A stretch of DNA of 64,000 bases from Phycisphaerae bacterium (GCA_963675745.2 CAXXWX010000006.1:226183-290182), one strand, 5' to 3'; positions 19,626-32,705 are shown, numbered from the stretch's first letter. Notes: generated by a model from the letters alone, not told the origin. A program made the numbers and translations.

Positions 19626-21239
19626 ATGGCCGAGCCGGTTGAACGAGTGCGCCCCACGCGGTTCCGTGACTCGTGGCTGAACTGGACGCGTATCACGGTC
19701 GTGCGCGTGATCGTGCAGACGGTCATGTTCGCGCTGTTCAGCGCATTCGTGCTCCTGACGACATTTGCCAGCCTCGATCGCTGGCCGGCTCTGCACTGGT
19801 GGGTCAGCAAAGTGCTCGAGGTCGACCCGCTCATCGCGTTGGCGACCGCGCTCACAACGCACACCGTCTACAAGGGGTTGTTGTGGTCGTTGGTGATCCT
19901 GATCCCGACCCTCTTCCTCGGACGCTTCTTCTGCAACTGGATCTGCCCGTTCGGGGCACTGCACCAGTTCGTCCGCTGGGTGTTCTGGAACGGCAGTGCC
20001 CGCGAGATCATCGCAGGCAACAGCTACCGCCCCATACATGCGGTCAAGTATTACGTGCTGACCGGCCTGCTGCTGGCCGCGGCGGCCGGCAGCCTGCAGA
20101 TCGGCCTGTTGGACCCGATTTGCCTGCTGTATCGTTCGATCACCGGCGTGGCCCTGCCCACGCTGGGGATGGCCGCGCCGGCGCTGGCGGGTGAGACGCG
20201 CTTGTATCAGGGGGCGTGGTTAATCGGCTTGCTCCTGGTTGGCCTGCTGGCCGCCAATCTGGTCATGCCACGTTTCTTCTGCCGCGTGTTGTGCCCGCTG
20301 GGAGCGCTGTTGGGCGTGTTGAGCAGGTTTGCCTGGTGGCGTATCGAGCGCGACCCGTCCGTCTGTCACCAATGCGACCGTTGCCGGCTGCACTGCGAAG
20401 CCGCGTGCGACCCGCACGCCAAGCTGCGCAAGGCCGAGTGCTTCGTATGTCTGAATTGCATCGAGGATTGCCCCGAGGGCGCGCTGGCCCTGCGCTTCGC
20501 ATTCATGCCACCGAAAGAGCACGAGGTGACCGGGCCGGATGTGTCGCGCCGCAAGCTGCTGCTCGCGGGCATGGCGGGGCTGCTGTTTTTCCCGTTCGCG
20601 CGGAGTTCGGGAAAAAGCACGCGTAACTTCTCCAGCTCGGTCGTACGGCCGCCCGGGGCCGTCGAAGAAATCGAGTTTCTCGAACGCTGCATCAAGTGCG
20701 ACCAGTGTGCGCGTATCTGTCCGACAAACGTCATTCAACCCGACTGGTTCGACAGCGGAATCGAAGGACTCTGGACACCAGTTCTTAACTTCCGCATGGG
20801 ATTCTGCCAGTTGCACTGCACGGCGTGCGGGCAGGTGTGCCCGACCGGCGCGCTGCAGCAGATTCCCGTTGCGCAAAAACTCGGGCTCGGCGAATTCTCA
20901 GAGCAAGGCCCGATCCGGCTGGGCACGGCGCACGTGGATCCGTCCCGTTGCCTGCCGCACGCTAATAACATCCCATGCGTGGTCTGCGAGGAAGTCTGCC
21001 CCACGAGCCCCAAGGCCATCTACGGCGAGCGCGTTACGCGCGTGGCCCGGGACGGCACAATGCTGGAGCTGACCGTCCCGCGCGTCGATGTCGATCGCTG
21101 TATCGGTTGCGGAATCTGTGAGCATGAATGTCCGGTAGTCGGCGACCGCCGCGCTATATACGTGACGGCGGAGGGTGAGACGCGTTCGCAATCTCAGCCG
21201 CAGCGCGATCGCAACCGCTCGGTGCGTGCCGTGCCCTGA
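19626..21239 (+). CDS. Membrane polyferredoxin (NapH/MauN-like TM part + MauM/NapG-like 4Fe-4S part)
   Basis: GRFFCNWICPFG, RFFCRVLCPLGA, RPPGA, multiple CxxCxxCxxxCP motifs. Confidence 0.9.
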   Translation: MAEPVERVRPTRFRDSWLNWTRITVVRVIVQTVMFALFSAFVLLTTFASLDRWPALHWWVSKVLEVDPLIALATALTTHTVYKGLLWSLVILIPTLFLGRFFCNWICPFGALHQFVRWVFWNGSAREIIAGNSYRPIHAVKYYVLTGLLLAAAAGSLQIGLLDPICLLYRSITGVALPTLGMAAPALAGETRLYQGAWLIGLLLVGLLAANLVMPRFFCRVLCPLGALLGVLSRFAWWRIERDPSVCHQCDRCRLHCEAACDPHAKLRKAECFVCLNCIEDCPEGALALRFAFMPPKEHEVTGPDVSRRKLLLAGMAGLLFFPFARSSGKSTRNFSSSVVRPPGAVEEIEFLERCIKCDQCARICPTNVIQPDWFDSGIEGLWTPVLNFRMGFCQLHCTACGQVCPTGALQQIPVAQKLGLGEFSEQGPIRLGTAHVDPSRCLPHANNIPCVVCEEVCPTSPKAIYGERVTRVARDGTMLELTVPRVDVDRCIGCGICEHECPVVGDRRAIYVTAEGETRSQSQPQRDRNRSVRAVP

Positions 21240-21312
21240 CATTGACGCCCCCTGATGTAGCGGCCGCCCGTTGTCCGCGACACACCGCCGGCCAATGCGG
21301 TAAGCTGTCCGC

Positions 21313-22101
21313 ATGGAGACGATCTCAGCCAACTGGTACGACTACCCGCATCTCTACGACATCGCCTTCTCGTGGGACGCGTCGCTCGAGATTGACTTTC
21401 TGGTCTCGATGTTTGAGCAATATGCGCACGGGCCGGTTGAACGCGTCTTTGAGCCGTTCTGCGGCACCGGGCGTCTGGCGATCCCGCTGGCGCGGCGCGG
21501 TTATCGCGTTTGTGGTATGGATATCAACTCCAGCGCGATCGCGTTCGCGGAGCAGCGTTGCGCGACAGAGCGCGCCGAGGTTGACCTGAGCGTTGGCGAC
21601 GTTGCCGCCTGGACCACGCGGGAACCTGTCGATGCGGTGGTAACGCTAATCGACAGTTTCCGCCACCTGACCAGCGCCGAGCAGGCGCGGGCGGCGCTGC
21701 GCGCGTTTCATGTCGGCCTGCGGCCCGGTGGCGTATTGGTCATCGGGTTGCAGCTCGGCGATACGCCGATCGAGGCTGATGACAGCAACCACTGGGAAAT
21801 GGAACGAGATGGTACCGTCGTAGAGACGATCGTGGCCGGCTTGCGCAAGGCGGGCCGGACACCCGGAACGACAGTGGTGCGCTCCGTGTTGCGAGTCACC
21901 GAGGCCGGCGGCCGTCAATATGACATAATCACCGACGACGAAATGCGCGAGTACACGCTGGCTTCACTAAAGCAACTGGCGCACCAGTGCGGGCCGTTTG
22001 AGTTTCAGGCCGGCTACAGTTTCGAGGATCTCGGATCGAATCAGATCCTGGACTCGGATGACCCGCAAGGCAACACGGTCGCGGTGTTTGTGCGCCGTTG
22101 A
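21313..22101 (+). CDS. Class I SAM-dependent methyltransferase
   Basis: VFEPFCGTGRL motif I, GMDIN, LRPGGVLV. Confidence 0.88.
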   Translation: METISANWYDYPHLYDIAFSWDASLEIDFLVSMFEQYAHGPVERVFEPFCGTGRLAIPLARRGYRVCGMDINSSAIAFAEQRCATERAEVDLSVGDVAAWTTREPVDAVVTLIDSFRHLTSAEQARAALRAFHVGLRPGGVLVIGLQLGDTPIEADDSNHWEMERDGTVVETIVAGLRKAGRTPGTTVVRSVLRVTEAGGRQYDIITDDEMREYTLASLKQLAHQCGPFEFQAGYSFEDLGSNQILDSDDPQGNTVAVFVRR

Positions 22102-22117
22102 CGAGATACCGAGCATT

Positions 22118-23236
22118 ATGAGAATCCTGGCGCTCGAACCATACTACGGCGGCAGCCATCGCGCGTTTCTCGACGACTGGCGCGCGCACAGCGCCCACGA
22201 CTGGACATTGCTCGGACTGCCTCCGCGGAAATGGAAGTGGCGCATGCGTCACGCGGCCGTTACGTTTGCCGACCAGGTGAGTGCGCTGGTGGCCGAGGGG
22301 GCGCGCTGGGATGCCGTCTTCTGCTCGGACATGCTGAATCTGGCCGAATGGCGCGGCCTGGCGCCCCAGGCCGTGGGCGCGTTGCCGTCGATTGTCTACT
22401 TCCACGAGAATCAACTGACCTATCCGTTCCGCTTCATGGGTGAGCGCGACCTGCACTTCGGGTTCATCAACATGACCACCGCTCTCGCCGCTGAGCGGGT
22501 GTGGTTCAACTCGGCGTTTCATCGCGACGATTTTCTGGGGGCCTTGCAGCGCGGTCTGCGCAAGATGCCGGACTATCGTCTGGATGATGTTGTCGAGCGT
22601 ATCCGCGCCAAGTCAGCGGTTGAGCCGCTCGGCGTTCGCGACATCACGCCGGCCGCCGGCCGTGTTGATGGACCCTTGCGCATTCTGTGGGCGGCGCGGT
22701 GGGAGCACGACAAAGACCCTGACACGTTCTTCGCGGCCATCGACGGTCTGGTTGAACGGGGCGTGGATTTTCGCCTGAACGTGATCGGTGAGCGCTATGC
22801 CGAGGTGCCCGACGCGTTCCCCGCCGCTCGCGCACGTTTCTCCCAGCATATCGACCGCTGGGGCTACCAGCCGGATCGGGCAACGTATGAAGCGGCGCTG
22901 CGCGAGGCCGATGTAGTGGTCTCGACGGCACAGCACGAGTTTTTCGGCGTCAGCGTGATCGAAGCGATCGCGGCGGGTGCGTTTCCGCTATTACCGCGGC
23001 GACTTGCCTATCCGGAAATCCTCAGTGCCGACGTCAGCGCGGAACCAGACGCTTTCTTCTACGACGGAAGCGCCTTGGCTCTCACCGAGCGGCTGGCCGT
23101 TCTCGCCGGTGCGCTTGCCGCCGGCGACCTGTGGGGCGGCGACCCGTTGCGGGCCAGGCGGGCGGCCGAACGTTTCTTCTGGCGAAAGCGCGGCCCCGAC
23201 CTCGACGCGGCGCTATGTCGCGCCACGGGCAACTGA
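22118..23236 (+). CDS. DUF3524 + GT4 glycosyltransferase (GTDC1/QTMAN-like)
   Basis: [50 protein letters not shown]. Confidence 0.85.
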   Translation: MRILALEPYYGGSHRAFLDDWRAHSAHDWTLLGLPPRKWKWRMRHAAVTFADQVSALVAEGARWDAVFCSDMLNLAEWRGLAPQAVGALPSIVYFHENQLTYPFRFMGERDLHFGFINMTTALAAERVWFNSAFHRDDFLGALQRGLRKMPDYRLDDVVERIRAKSAVEPLGVRDITPAAGRVDGPLRILWAARWEHDKDPDTFFAAIDGLVERGVDFRLNVIGERYAEVPDAFPAARARFSQHIDRWGYQPDRATYEAALREADVVVSTAQHEFFGVSVIEAIAAGAFPLLPRRLAYPEILSADVSAEPDAFFYDGSALALTERLAVLAGALAAGDLWGGDPLRARRAAERFFWRKRGPDLDAALCRATGN

Positions 23237-23327
23237 CAGCCGGTTTGCCAGCGCTTACACTGTCGCGCCAACACGAACGGCCGTATTTGATCCGCGCGGC
23301 GTGATTGCTGTCGGGCAGGAGCAATGT

Positions 23328-25454
<2,127 letters not shown>

Positions 25455-25488
25455 GGCCGTCAGGGCCGCCATGACCGCTGGCACGCGG

Positions 25489-26292
25489 CTACGGCAGGAA
25501 TCTGGGAGCTGGTCGAGCACCGGATGGCAACGGCGCGGCTTTGGCACGATCGACGTGGCGCACGCGCGGATTGAACGGAATGTCGAGCGGCGCGCGGCGG
25601 ACAACCGGGGCGCTCTCCAACAACGCCCGTAGCTGACCACCCGTCTGCAAAGCCAGCAACCCGATCCATGCGATCGCGATGAAGGCGGCCGTCGCCGCGT
25701 AGTGCCAGCCGTGGCTCTTATGCTGGTCGGGCCGCCACAACGATGGTCCGGTATCCGCGCGGGCAACCGCGGCCGCGGTCCGATTTGCGCGGCCATTGTG
25801 GCACTCGGCTGTTGGCCAATCATCGGGAAACAGGTTCGCGAGAGGAACGTCCGGCTCCGCGGGAACGAGGAGTCCCGCGCGTGTCGGCGGCAATAGCGAA
25901 TGAGGGTGATCGGGGGCATCGTGCGATGCCGGTTGGACGGGTACATCATCGTTGCCGATCGCCGGCCGGCGCAGCGCTGCTTGCGCGAGGATACGCTCGA
26001 CAACGTCGCGCCCCCACTCCCGCTCCGTGGTCCAGACCGGAGTATCACAAGGTTGTCCGACCACCGGTGAGGCGGACATGCCGGCGCCGTTGGAGTTTGA
26101 ATGCTGCAAACTGACGGTTTCGATGACGCCAAGTGGTGCGTAACGGCTCACGACCGCGGCCACCTGTGATTGCGCGTGCTCGTAAGCGTGAAACGTCGTG
26201 GTATCCCAGACAGCACCGCGCTGGCCGACGGTTACAACGAGACGGTATCGCTTACCATTCCGGCGACACAAATGCACAGAACGACCCCTCAA
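25489..26292 (-). CDS. Hypothetical protein with one C-terminal TM segment
   Basis: Longest plausible ORF filling the gap; hydrophobic stretch AATAAFIAIAWIGLLAL; no recognised domain. Confidence 0.4.
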   Translation of the reverse strand: MRGRSVHLCRRNGKRYRLVVTVGQRGAVWDTTTFHAYEHAQSQVAAVVSRYAPLGVIETVSLQHSNSNGAGMSASPVVGQPCDTPVWTTEREWGRDVVERILAQAALRRPAIGNDDVPVQPASHDAPDHPHSLLPPTRAGLLVPAEPDVPLANLFPDDWPTAECHNGRANRTAAAVARADTGPSLWRPDQHKSHGWHYAATAAFIAIAWIGLLALQTGGQLRALLESAPVVRRAPLDIPFNPRVRHVDRAKAAPLPSGARPAPRFLP

Positions 26293-26536
26293 TCGTCCAA
26301 ATGGATCGGAAACATCCCCCGCGCCCTAGCCATTGCGGGAGCAGCCAGTCTATCGCCGAACAAACGACAATGAAAGTGGCCGACGTCACGCGGCAGCCAG
26401 GCCGATCCACCCCCCTTTTTAACGCGTTGGTGAGAAATTGTTTGCATTGTCGGCGCGCGGCGGTACGATGCGCGCGGCCCGTGAGAGGCGGTGACACGCA
26501 CGAAACACATCTGGGCCGAGCATGGGAGCATAAGTC

Positions 26537-26737
26537 ATGTCACAGATCACCGAATTGGATGCCACCACCGCCGCACCCGAGTGCGACCGTGATGTGGACA
26601 TGTCCATAGAACGCCTTGTGCCGCTGCTACGGCAACTGACGGTCGAGGAGATCGAAGCCGCGCGCGTGCGGCTCCAGGCGCTGCTCGACCGCCGTACCGA
26701 TGATGTCGACTGCCGGTGCGGCTGCGGCAGCGTGTAG
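26537..26737 (+). CDS. Small acidic hypothetical protein ending CRCGCGSV
   Basis: GGGAG RBS before ATG; helical core; Cys-rich tail. Confidence 0.5.
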   Translation: MSQITELDATTAAPECDRDVDMSIERLVPLLRQLTVEEIEAARVRLQALLDRRTDDVDCRCGCGSV

Positions 26738-26894
26738 GCGCCATCGGCGTCGCTGTACGGACTTTACCGTATCGCAGCGGGGGTTTTCATCTACTTGAAT
26801 CAGCGCGCCTGAGCTACTAGTGTTCGGCACGGAATTCCGGGCCGACGACGGCGTCGAATTGCCCCAGATAAAGGCGGACCTCCCCGGGCGCTGC

Positions 26895-28208
26895 ATGCGA
26901 GTGTCAAACGTGACCGGCAACGAACCTGAATACGCCGTACCTGGGCCCGCACGGGTGCCGGTGAGTGACTATCCGGCACAGATGGCCCCGATTCCGCCAT
27001 CGCGGATGTTCATCGTCAAGAACTCGCTGAATGCCTTTCGCGAGCGTTTTCCCGAGCGCGAGACATTCAATGCCTCGCAGGGCGATGGTGGCGCCAGCCT
27101 GCCCGGCGTGCCGGCGGAGCTGCTCGAAGCGGCTCACAGAATGCAGGTGGACCACGGGACCGCCTACGATCTGCCAGGCGGCTGCGCTGAGTTCCGGCGG
27201 GCGGTTGTCGAGGACTACTGGCAGGCCACTACCGACACGCGGCTGACGCCCGATAATGTGCTCGACGGCGCCGGCGGCCGCGATGTGCTCGTGAAGGCCT
27301 TCGCTGCGATGCTGAGCCTCGGTGCCGGACGCGTCGGCGACGTTGTCGTCACCAGCCGCGTCCCATGGATCAGCTACAACTGGGGGCCGTATGGCGTCGG
27401 GGCGAACGTCATGCACGCGCCCGGTGACGCCGCCGATGGCTGGGCCCACACGCCTGACGGAATTCAAGCTTGTGTAAACCTGGCGGCGCGCGAGGGCCGA
27501 GAAGTTGCCGGCGTTGTGATCACAAGCCCCGACAATCCCACCGGCAGAACGCTGAGCACGGATGAGCAGGTGGCGCTGGGAAAGGCCGCACTGCGCGCGG
27601 GTGTGCGCTTTGTGCTGTACGACTGGATCTATCACTGGGTCACCGACGATGCCCCGACTGACATAAACGCGTTTTTGCCACAGTTCGACGTTGATGAACG
27701 CCGGCGCATCATGATCATGGACGGCATCACCAAATCGCTCGGCGGCTCGAACATCCGAAACGCGCACCTGATCGCACCCACCGAGGTCGTCCGCTTCATT
27801 CAGAATCGCGCATCCCACGGCGTAATCCCGAGTTTCCACAGCCAGGCGGTTGCCATCGCGGCGTTTCGTGCAGGAATGGCCAAAGCGGCGGCCGGCATCA
27901 TCGAACCCACTAGACAGAGCCGCCAACTTGTCCGAGAGTTCGTGGCGCACCGCGACATGAATGCCATCATTGGCCAGGGGTACTACGCACTGATTGACGT
28001 CACGCGTTGGCTGCGCGCCGCCGGCATGGCCGACAGCGAGGCGCTCGGAGCCCATCTTGCCGAGAACCACGGCGTGGCCGTTGTGCCGGGCGTGTTTTTC
28101 TCGAAGCATGGCAAAGACTGGGTGCGTTTCTCATACGCGATGCCGCCCGACCACACCAAGGGGGCGCTCGAGCGTCTTTGGGAAGGGTTGTGCGCCCTGG
28201 AATCTTAG
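26895..28208 (+). CDS. PLP-dependent aminotransferase class I/II (start uncertain)
   Basis: ITSPDNPTG, YDWIY, DGITKSLGGSNIR, GVAVVPG, VRFSYA. Confidence 0.85.
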   Translation: MRVSNVTGNEPEYAVPGPARVPVSDYPAQMAPIPPSRMFIVKNSLNAFRERFPERETFNASQGDGGASLPGVPAELLEAAHRMQVDHGTAYDLPGGCAEFRRAVVEDYWQATTDTRLTPDNVLDGAGGRDVLVKAFAAMLSLGAGRVGDVVVTSRVPWISYNWGPYGVGANVMHAPGDAADGWAHTPDGIQACVNLAAREGREVAGVVITSPDNPTGRTLSTDEQVALGKAALRAGVRFVLYDWIYHWVTDDAPTDINAFLPQFDVDERRRIMIMDGITKSLGGSNIRNAHLIAPTEVVRFIQNRASHGVIPSFHSQAVAIAAFRAGMAKAAAGIIEPTRQSRQLVREFVAHRDMNAIIGQGYYALIDVTRWLRAAGMADSEALGAHLAENHGVAVVPGVFFSKHGKDWVRFSYAMPPDHTKGALERLWEGLCALES

Positions 28209-28336
28209 ACCAGTTTCAACAGAGGTCGGTCACCTGGCAGCGTGCCACGGCTCTGTGAGCCGTGAGGTTCCACGTTATAAGCGCCCTGCTCATAGAGTAG
28301 TGGCACGCCGGGCCGATTCCGGAGGCGTTCTGGCCG

Positions 28337-30076
28337 CTATTGACGGCGTTTCTTCGACACGAACTCGCGGATTCTGTCGAGCGGCCACGTGTTGAGCACG
28401 TCGGCCGTCCGTAGACCAGCACGGCGGGCGGTCATCACGCCGAACTTCATGTCTTCGAAGTCGTCTGTGTTGTGTGTGTCGGTGTTGACTGAGACAACCG
28501 CACCCAGCTCGTGGGCCAGGCGGGCATGCGTGTCCTTCAGGTCCAGCCGATATGGTGAGGCGTTGATTTCAAGGGCGGTACCGGTGCGGGCGGCTTCCGC
28601 GCAGATGGCCTCGATGTCGAGCGGCATGGCCTCGCGACGATTGAGCAGCCTGCCGCTGGGATGTCCGATGACATTGACATACGGATTCCTCATGGCGGCC
28701 AGCGTGCGCTGCGTGTTGACCGCGACGTCCCGCCCCATGCCGTAGTGGATCGAGGCCACCACAAAGTCAAGCTGGGCCAGCAGATCATCAGGGTAATCAA
28801 GCCGACCCTCGGCCAGGATATCAACCTCGGCGCCGATCAGGACCGTGATCTCAGGGTTCTGGCGATCCGCATCGCGCACGGCGGCGATGTGTTCGCGCAT
28901 GCGCTCGGCCGAGAGACCGTTGGCAATCGTGCTGGACCCGGAGTGGTCGGTGATGCAGATGTATTCATAGCCGCGCCGCCGGGCGGCATCGGCCATCTGC
29001 GCCGGCGTCGCCGTACCATCGCTGGCCGTCGTGTGCATGTGCAGGTCGCCGCGGATGTCTGCCAACGTGAGCAGGTCGGCGGGAATTTCGTCGAGTTCGA
29101 ACTCGAAGCGGTCTTCACGAAACTCGGGCGGGTAGCACGGCAGGCCCAGGGCCGCATAGATGTCGGCCTCGTCGCGCGAGGCGATCACGCGGTCACCTTC
29201 GCTGAGCCCGTACTCGTTCAGCGACCAGCCACGCTTGACGGCTAACTCGCGCAACCGCACGTTGTGCGCCTGGCTCCCGGTGAAATACTGCCATGCCGCC
29301 CCAAACGATTCCTCGGGCACGACGCGCAGGTCAATCTGAATCGTCCGCCGCGGGCGATATTCGTAAAGCACCGAGCCCTTGGTCGCCCCGGCGGCCAGCA
29401 CCTGCGTCACGCCGCTCAGTTCCGTGAAGCGCTTGATGATCGACGCACCATCGTCGCTTGCGCACAACAGGTCCAGGTCGCCGACGGTCTCGCGCCCGCG
29501 ACGCAGCGAACCCGCGTACTCAACGCGCCCCGCGCCGGCGAATCCGCGCGCAGCATCACAGAGCTGTTCCGCCACCCTCCGCGCGGTGCCGATCAAACGA
29601 CGGCCGGCACTGCTTTCGAGAAACGTGATCCCCTGGCGGATCTGTTCGATACTCTTCTTTCCGAAACCCTTGAGGCCGGCCAGGCTGTCCGTGTCGATCG
29701 CGTTTTTCAGGTCGGCTATGGACGATATCCGGCGCTCGCGCCATAGGACGGCGACCTTCTTGGGGCCGACGCCGGGGATCTTCAGCAGCTCCAACAGCGA
29801 TTCGGGGACTTCGTCTATGAGACTCTCGCGCAGTGCCATCCGACCGGTGTCCAGCAGCTCCTGGATCTTCTCGGCCGACGATTTGCCGACGCCGGCAAGC
29901 CCGGCGAGTTCTCCGCGGCCGGCGAGATCGTTGATATCGCCGGCCAGGTCGTCCAGCGTTCGCGCGACGCGGCGATAGGAGTTCACGCGAAAGGCGCTCT
30001 CGCCTTTGATCTCCAGCAAATCCGCGATCTCACTGAAGACGCGCGCCACATCTGCGTTGGTGAATGTCGTGCTCAT
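28337..30076 (-). CDS. polX: DNA polymerase X / PHP exonuclease
   Basis: HhH GVGKS and [48 protein letters not shown]. Confidence 0.95.
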   Translation of the reverse strand: MSTTFTNADVARVFSEIADLLEIKGESAFRVNSYRRVARTLDDLAGDINDLAGRGELAGLAGVGKSSAEKIQELLDTGRMALRESLIDEVPESLLELLKIPGVGPKKVAVLWRERRISSIADLKNAIDTDSLAGLKGFGKKSIEQIRQGITFLESSAGRRLIGTARRVAEQLCDAARGFAGAGRVEYAGSLRRGRETVGDLDLLCASDDGASIIKRFTELSGVTQVLAAGATKGSVLYEYRPRRTIQIDLRVVPEESFGAAWQYFTGSQAHNVRLRELAVKRGWSLNEYGLSEGDRVIASRDEADIYAALGLPCYPPEFREDRFEFELDEIPADLLTLADIRGDLHMHTTASDGTATPAQMADAARRRGYEYICITDHSGSSTIANGLSAERMREHIAAVRDADRQNPEITVLIGAEVDILAEGRLDYPDDLLAQLDFVVASIHYGMGRDVAVNTQRTLAAMRNPYVNVIGHPSGRLLNRREAMPLDIEAICAEAARTGTALEINASPYRLDLKDTHARLAHELGAVVSVNTDTHNTDDFEDMKFGVMTARRAGLRTADVLNTWPLDRIREFVSKKRRQ

Positions 30077-30223
30077 CACCGGATGATTGTAGCGGGAGAC
30101 GGCGTCGATGGGTGGTCCGCTACCCGCCGGAACTTCGGCCGGTCTGGCTCGGTGCTCTATAATCACGCGCGGCGATAATCGGGCCGCGGGTATACGCGCA
30201 GATCACCATCCATGAGGATTGCC

Positions 30224-30466
30224 ATGGCTGAACCCAAACACGGCAACGCTCCGATGCCGATAGACGAGACCGCCGGCAAGAAGGCCTATTGCACGTGCGG
30301 GTGGTCCGAGAAGCTGCCCTATTGCGACGGCGCCCACAACCGCCTCGAGACCGGGTGCAAACCGGTGGTTGTGGCGGTAGACCAGCCGGGCAGGAAGTTC
30401 GTCTGTCAGTGTCACCGCAGTGCGAGCGCGCCCTGGTGCGACGGCACGCACCAGACACGCGCCTGA
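30224..30466 (+). CDS. CDGSH iron-sulfur protein with two CDGSH domains
   Basis: YCTCGWSEKLPYCDGAH and VCQCHRSASAPWCDGTH. Confidence 0.9.
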   Translation: MAEPKHGNAPMPIDETAGKKAYCTCGWSEKLPYCDGAHNRLETGCKPVVVAVDQPGRKFVCQCHRSASAPWCDGTHQTRA

Positions 30467-30575
30467 CCCTCCCGTCGCTTACCGGCCCGGGTGATTGCAC
30501 GATATCGGCGTTCGTGCTATGCACGCGCGGCTGGATTGCGCGAGTGCAATCATGGTGCGCGAGAGGAGTGTTCTT

Positions 30576-30986
30576 GTGGCGGAAACCGGGCAGAGCTGTG
30601 AGATTGAGATTCGTGTGCGCTACGCCGAAGTCGACGCGATGGGCTTCCTGCACCACGCGCGCTACTTTGTCTATTTCGAGATGGGGCGGACCGAGTTGTT
30701 GCGGCAGTGCGGGATTCGCTATCGTGACATGGAGCAGCGCCAGCTCTATTACGTTGTCGCCCGGCTGGACTGCCGGTTTCGCGCGCCGGCGCGCTATGAT
30801 GACGTACTGACGCTGCTCACAACGACCACGCGCGTCTCTCCGTTCCGCGTCGACCACAGTTACGAACTCAAACGCGACAGCCGCCTGCTGGCCGAGGCCC
30901 ACACCACCTTGGGACTGATCGGCGCGGATGGTCGCCCAACGCGCCTGCCGGACGATCTTCACGAGTTGCTGGGTGTCAGCTCTTAG
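30576..30986 (+). CDS. YbgC/4HBT-like acyl-CoA thioesterase
   Basis: GAGGAG RBS + GTG; VRYAEVDAMGFLHHARYFVYFEMGRTE, PARYDD. Confidence 0.9.
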   Translation: MAETGQSCEIEIRVRYAEVDAMGFLHHARYFVYFEMGRTELLRQCGIRYRDMEQRQLYYVVARLDCRFRAPARYDDVLTLLTTTTRVSPFRVDHSYELKRDSRLLAEAHTTLGLIGADGRPTRLPDDLHELLGVSS

Positions 30987-30991
30987 TCACT

Positions 30992-31123
30992 AGTTTTCAG
31001 AGTTCAGAGTTCAGTTTTCAGGAGAAGAAACAGCAGGCCGCCACCGAGCCAGAGGATGGTTGGCCGCTTACCGTTCCCTGAGTGTTGTTGTTCCTGAAAA
31101 CTGAACACTGGAAACTGAAAACT
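30992..31123. repeat. Inverted pair of heptamer tandem arrays
   Basis: AGTTTTC AGAGTTC AGAGTTC AGTTTTC AG (30992-31021) versus CTGAAAA CTGAACA CTGGAAA CTGAAAA CT (31094-31123). Confidence 0.8.
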
Positions 31124-31151
31124 TCCTGCGCGGCGCATCCCCCGGTTCTGC

Positions 31152-32453
31152 TCAGTCCTTTGCAGCTTCGCGTTGCGCCCGGGTGGGTATGCGGTCGAGC
31201 CGGCTTTTGAGCTGCTCGAAGATCTTGTCCACCGCGGCCGTCTGGTGATCTTCGAGCTTTTTGACCTCCTTGGCCATGGCCTCCGAGTCTTTACTCATCC
31301 GTGACTTGACGTTGTCGATTTGAAGGCCGTAACGTTTGCGCACCTGGTCGGCGCGAGATTCCATCGCGTGGTGCAGGCGCCAGGCCGTCGCTTCCTGGTC
31401 CTTGTTGAGCTTGAACTTCGCGATGAACTCACGCACGTACTTGGCCCACGGACCTTCCTTCTCCGGCGCGGGCTTGGCTGTTTCAGCCGCCGGTGGTGGC
31501 ACCGGCACGGGGTGCCGCGCCCCTGGCGTCGGCGTGAGCCGCGCACGATCCTCAGGGCGAGGTGACCTTGGTGTACTTGCTCCGGGACGTGGCGCGGTTG
31601 GCGTTCGCGTCACTGGTGCAGCCGTAGCCGGCTTGGCCGCCGCGGCCTCTGCCGTCGCACGCTCCTCTGCCACCGCACGCAACTCCGCCAGGCGCTGTTC
31701 ACCGGCCATTTGAATCGGGTCGGTGTCGAGCCCCCAATCGCTGGCCTCCCACCCGCCGCGCATCCAGCGGTCGGTCATCGCCTCTACCGTGTCGGCGCGC
31801 GCGCGTCCGGCATCCAGGTCGCGGCGCGCAAGCTCCTGTTGGTCCGGTCGCAGCGTGGCGATAAACTCCTCGGCCGCTGCCTCGAACTTCGACCGCGAAT
31901 CGTCAAACACCGGGCGTGCCAGCTTGGCCCACTGAGCGACCTTTTCGGGTGTGAACGGTTCGCCGGCGGTGCGCGTTCGAATCGCATCCAACGCGTACTG
32001 CATGATCCGCGGGGCGTTACGTTGAAACACGCCGTTCGCCTCGCGCGCCACGGTAACGCGCAAGCGCTGCTCCTGCTCTTCGTCCAGGGCATAGCGCTCG
32101 CCGAGCATGCCGATCATCGTGTCAAAGCGATCGCGCATCTGCCACGGCGGAATGGCCGCCACATTGCGGATCATCTCCAGCGAAAACTGGTCGGATTCAG
32201 ATACCCAGCCGTTGTTGTCGTAGACCTTCTCGGTCGCATCCATGATGTAGCCGTAGTGTTCATCCCACGGCCCCATGCTGCGAAACCCGTCCATCAGATC
32301 ACGCACGTTCTTGAGAAACCCGCTGGAGGGCTGACCCGGCTGAAGACCTCGGCGCGCACGGCGGGGTGGCGCGTCGTTCGGATCGTCAACGGGCTGGGCG
32401 TGCGCCTGCGCAGACAGCACCGCGCTGAGCGCCAGCAATATCAGCATTCTCAC
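31152..32453 (-). CDS. Secreted helical hypothetical protein with Pro/Ala-rich linker
   Basis: AAAGGAGG RBS + GTG; signal peptide ending AQAHA. Confidence 0.7.
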   Translation of the reverse strand: MRMLILLALSAVLSAQAHAQPVDDPNDAPPRRARRGLQPGQPSSGFLKNVRDLMDGFRSMGPWDEHYGYIMDATEKVYDNNGWVSESDQFSLEMIRNVAAIPPWQMRDRFDTMIGMLGERYALDEEQEQRLRVTVAREANGVFQRNAPRIMQYALDAIRTRTAGEPFTPEKVAQWAKLARPVFDDSRSKFEAAAEEFIATLRPDQQELARRDLDAGRARADTVEAMTDRWMRGGWEASDWGLDTDPIQMAGEQRLAELRAVAEERATAEAAAAKPATAAPVTRTPTAPRPGASTPRSPRPEDRARLTPTPGARHPVPVPPPAAETAKPAPEKEGPWAKYVREFIAKFKLNKDQEATAWRLHHAMESRADQVRKRYGLQIDNVKSRMSKDSEAMAKEVKKLEDHQTAAVDKIFEQLKSRLDRIPTRAQREAAKD

Positions 32454-32705
32454 GGGATGCCTCCTTTCAGGGTCGCGGTCGTCCCTGAGCCGAACATCGC
32501 GCCGTGCCAAGCGGCCTGAGACCCGTTACATTGTAACCGTACGAGGACCGTCGGGCTGCGGTTCACCGAGAGGATTCGCCAGCCGATGTAGCACTGCAGG
32601 TATCCCGGCACGCGTGTGCCGCACCGGCGCCGGTCTCGAACCGGCTCAGCGCGCCTTGTCCGGCAGGTGAGTTCCATCACACAGCGGATACGAAAACGAC
32701 AGACC

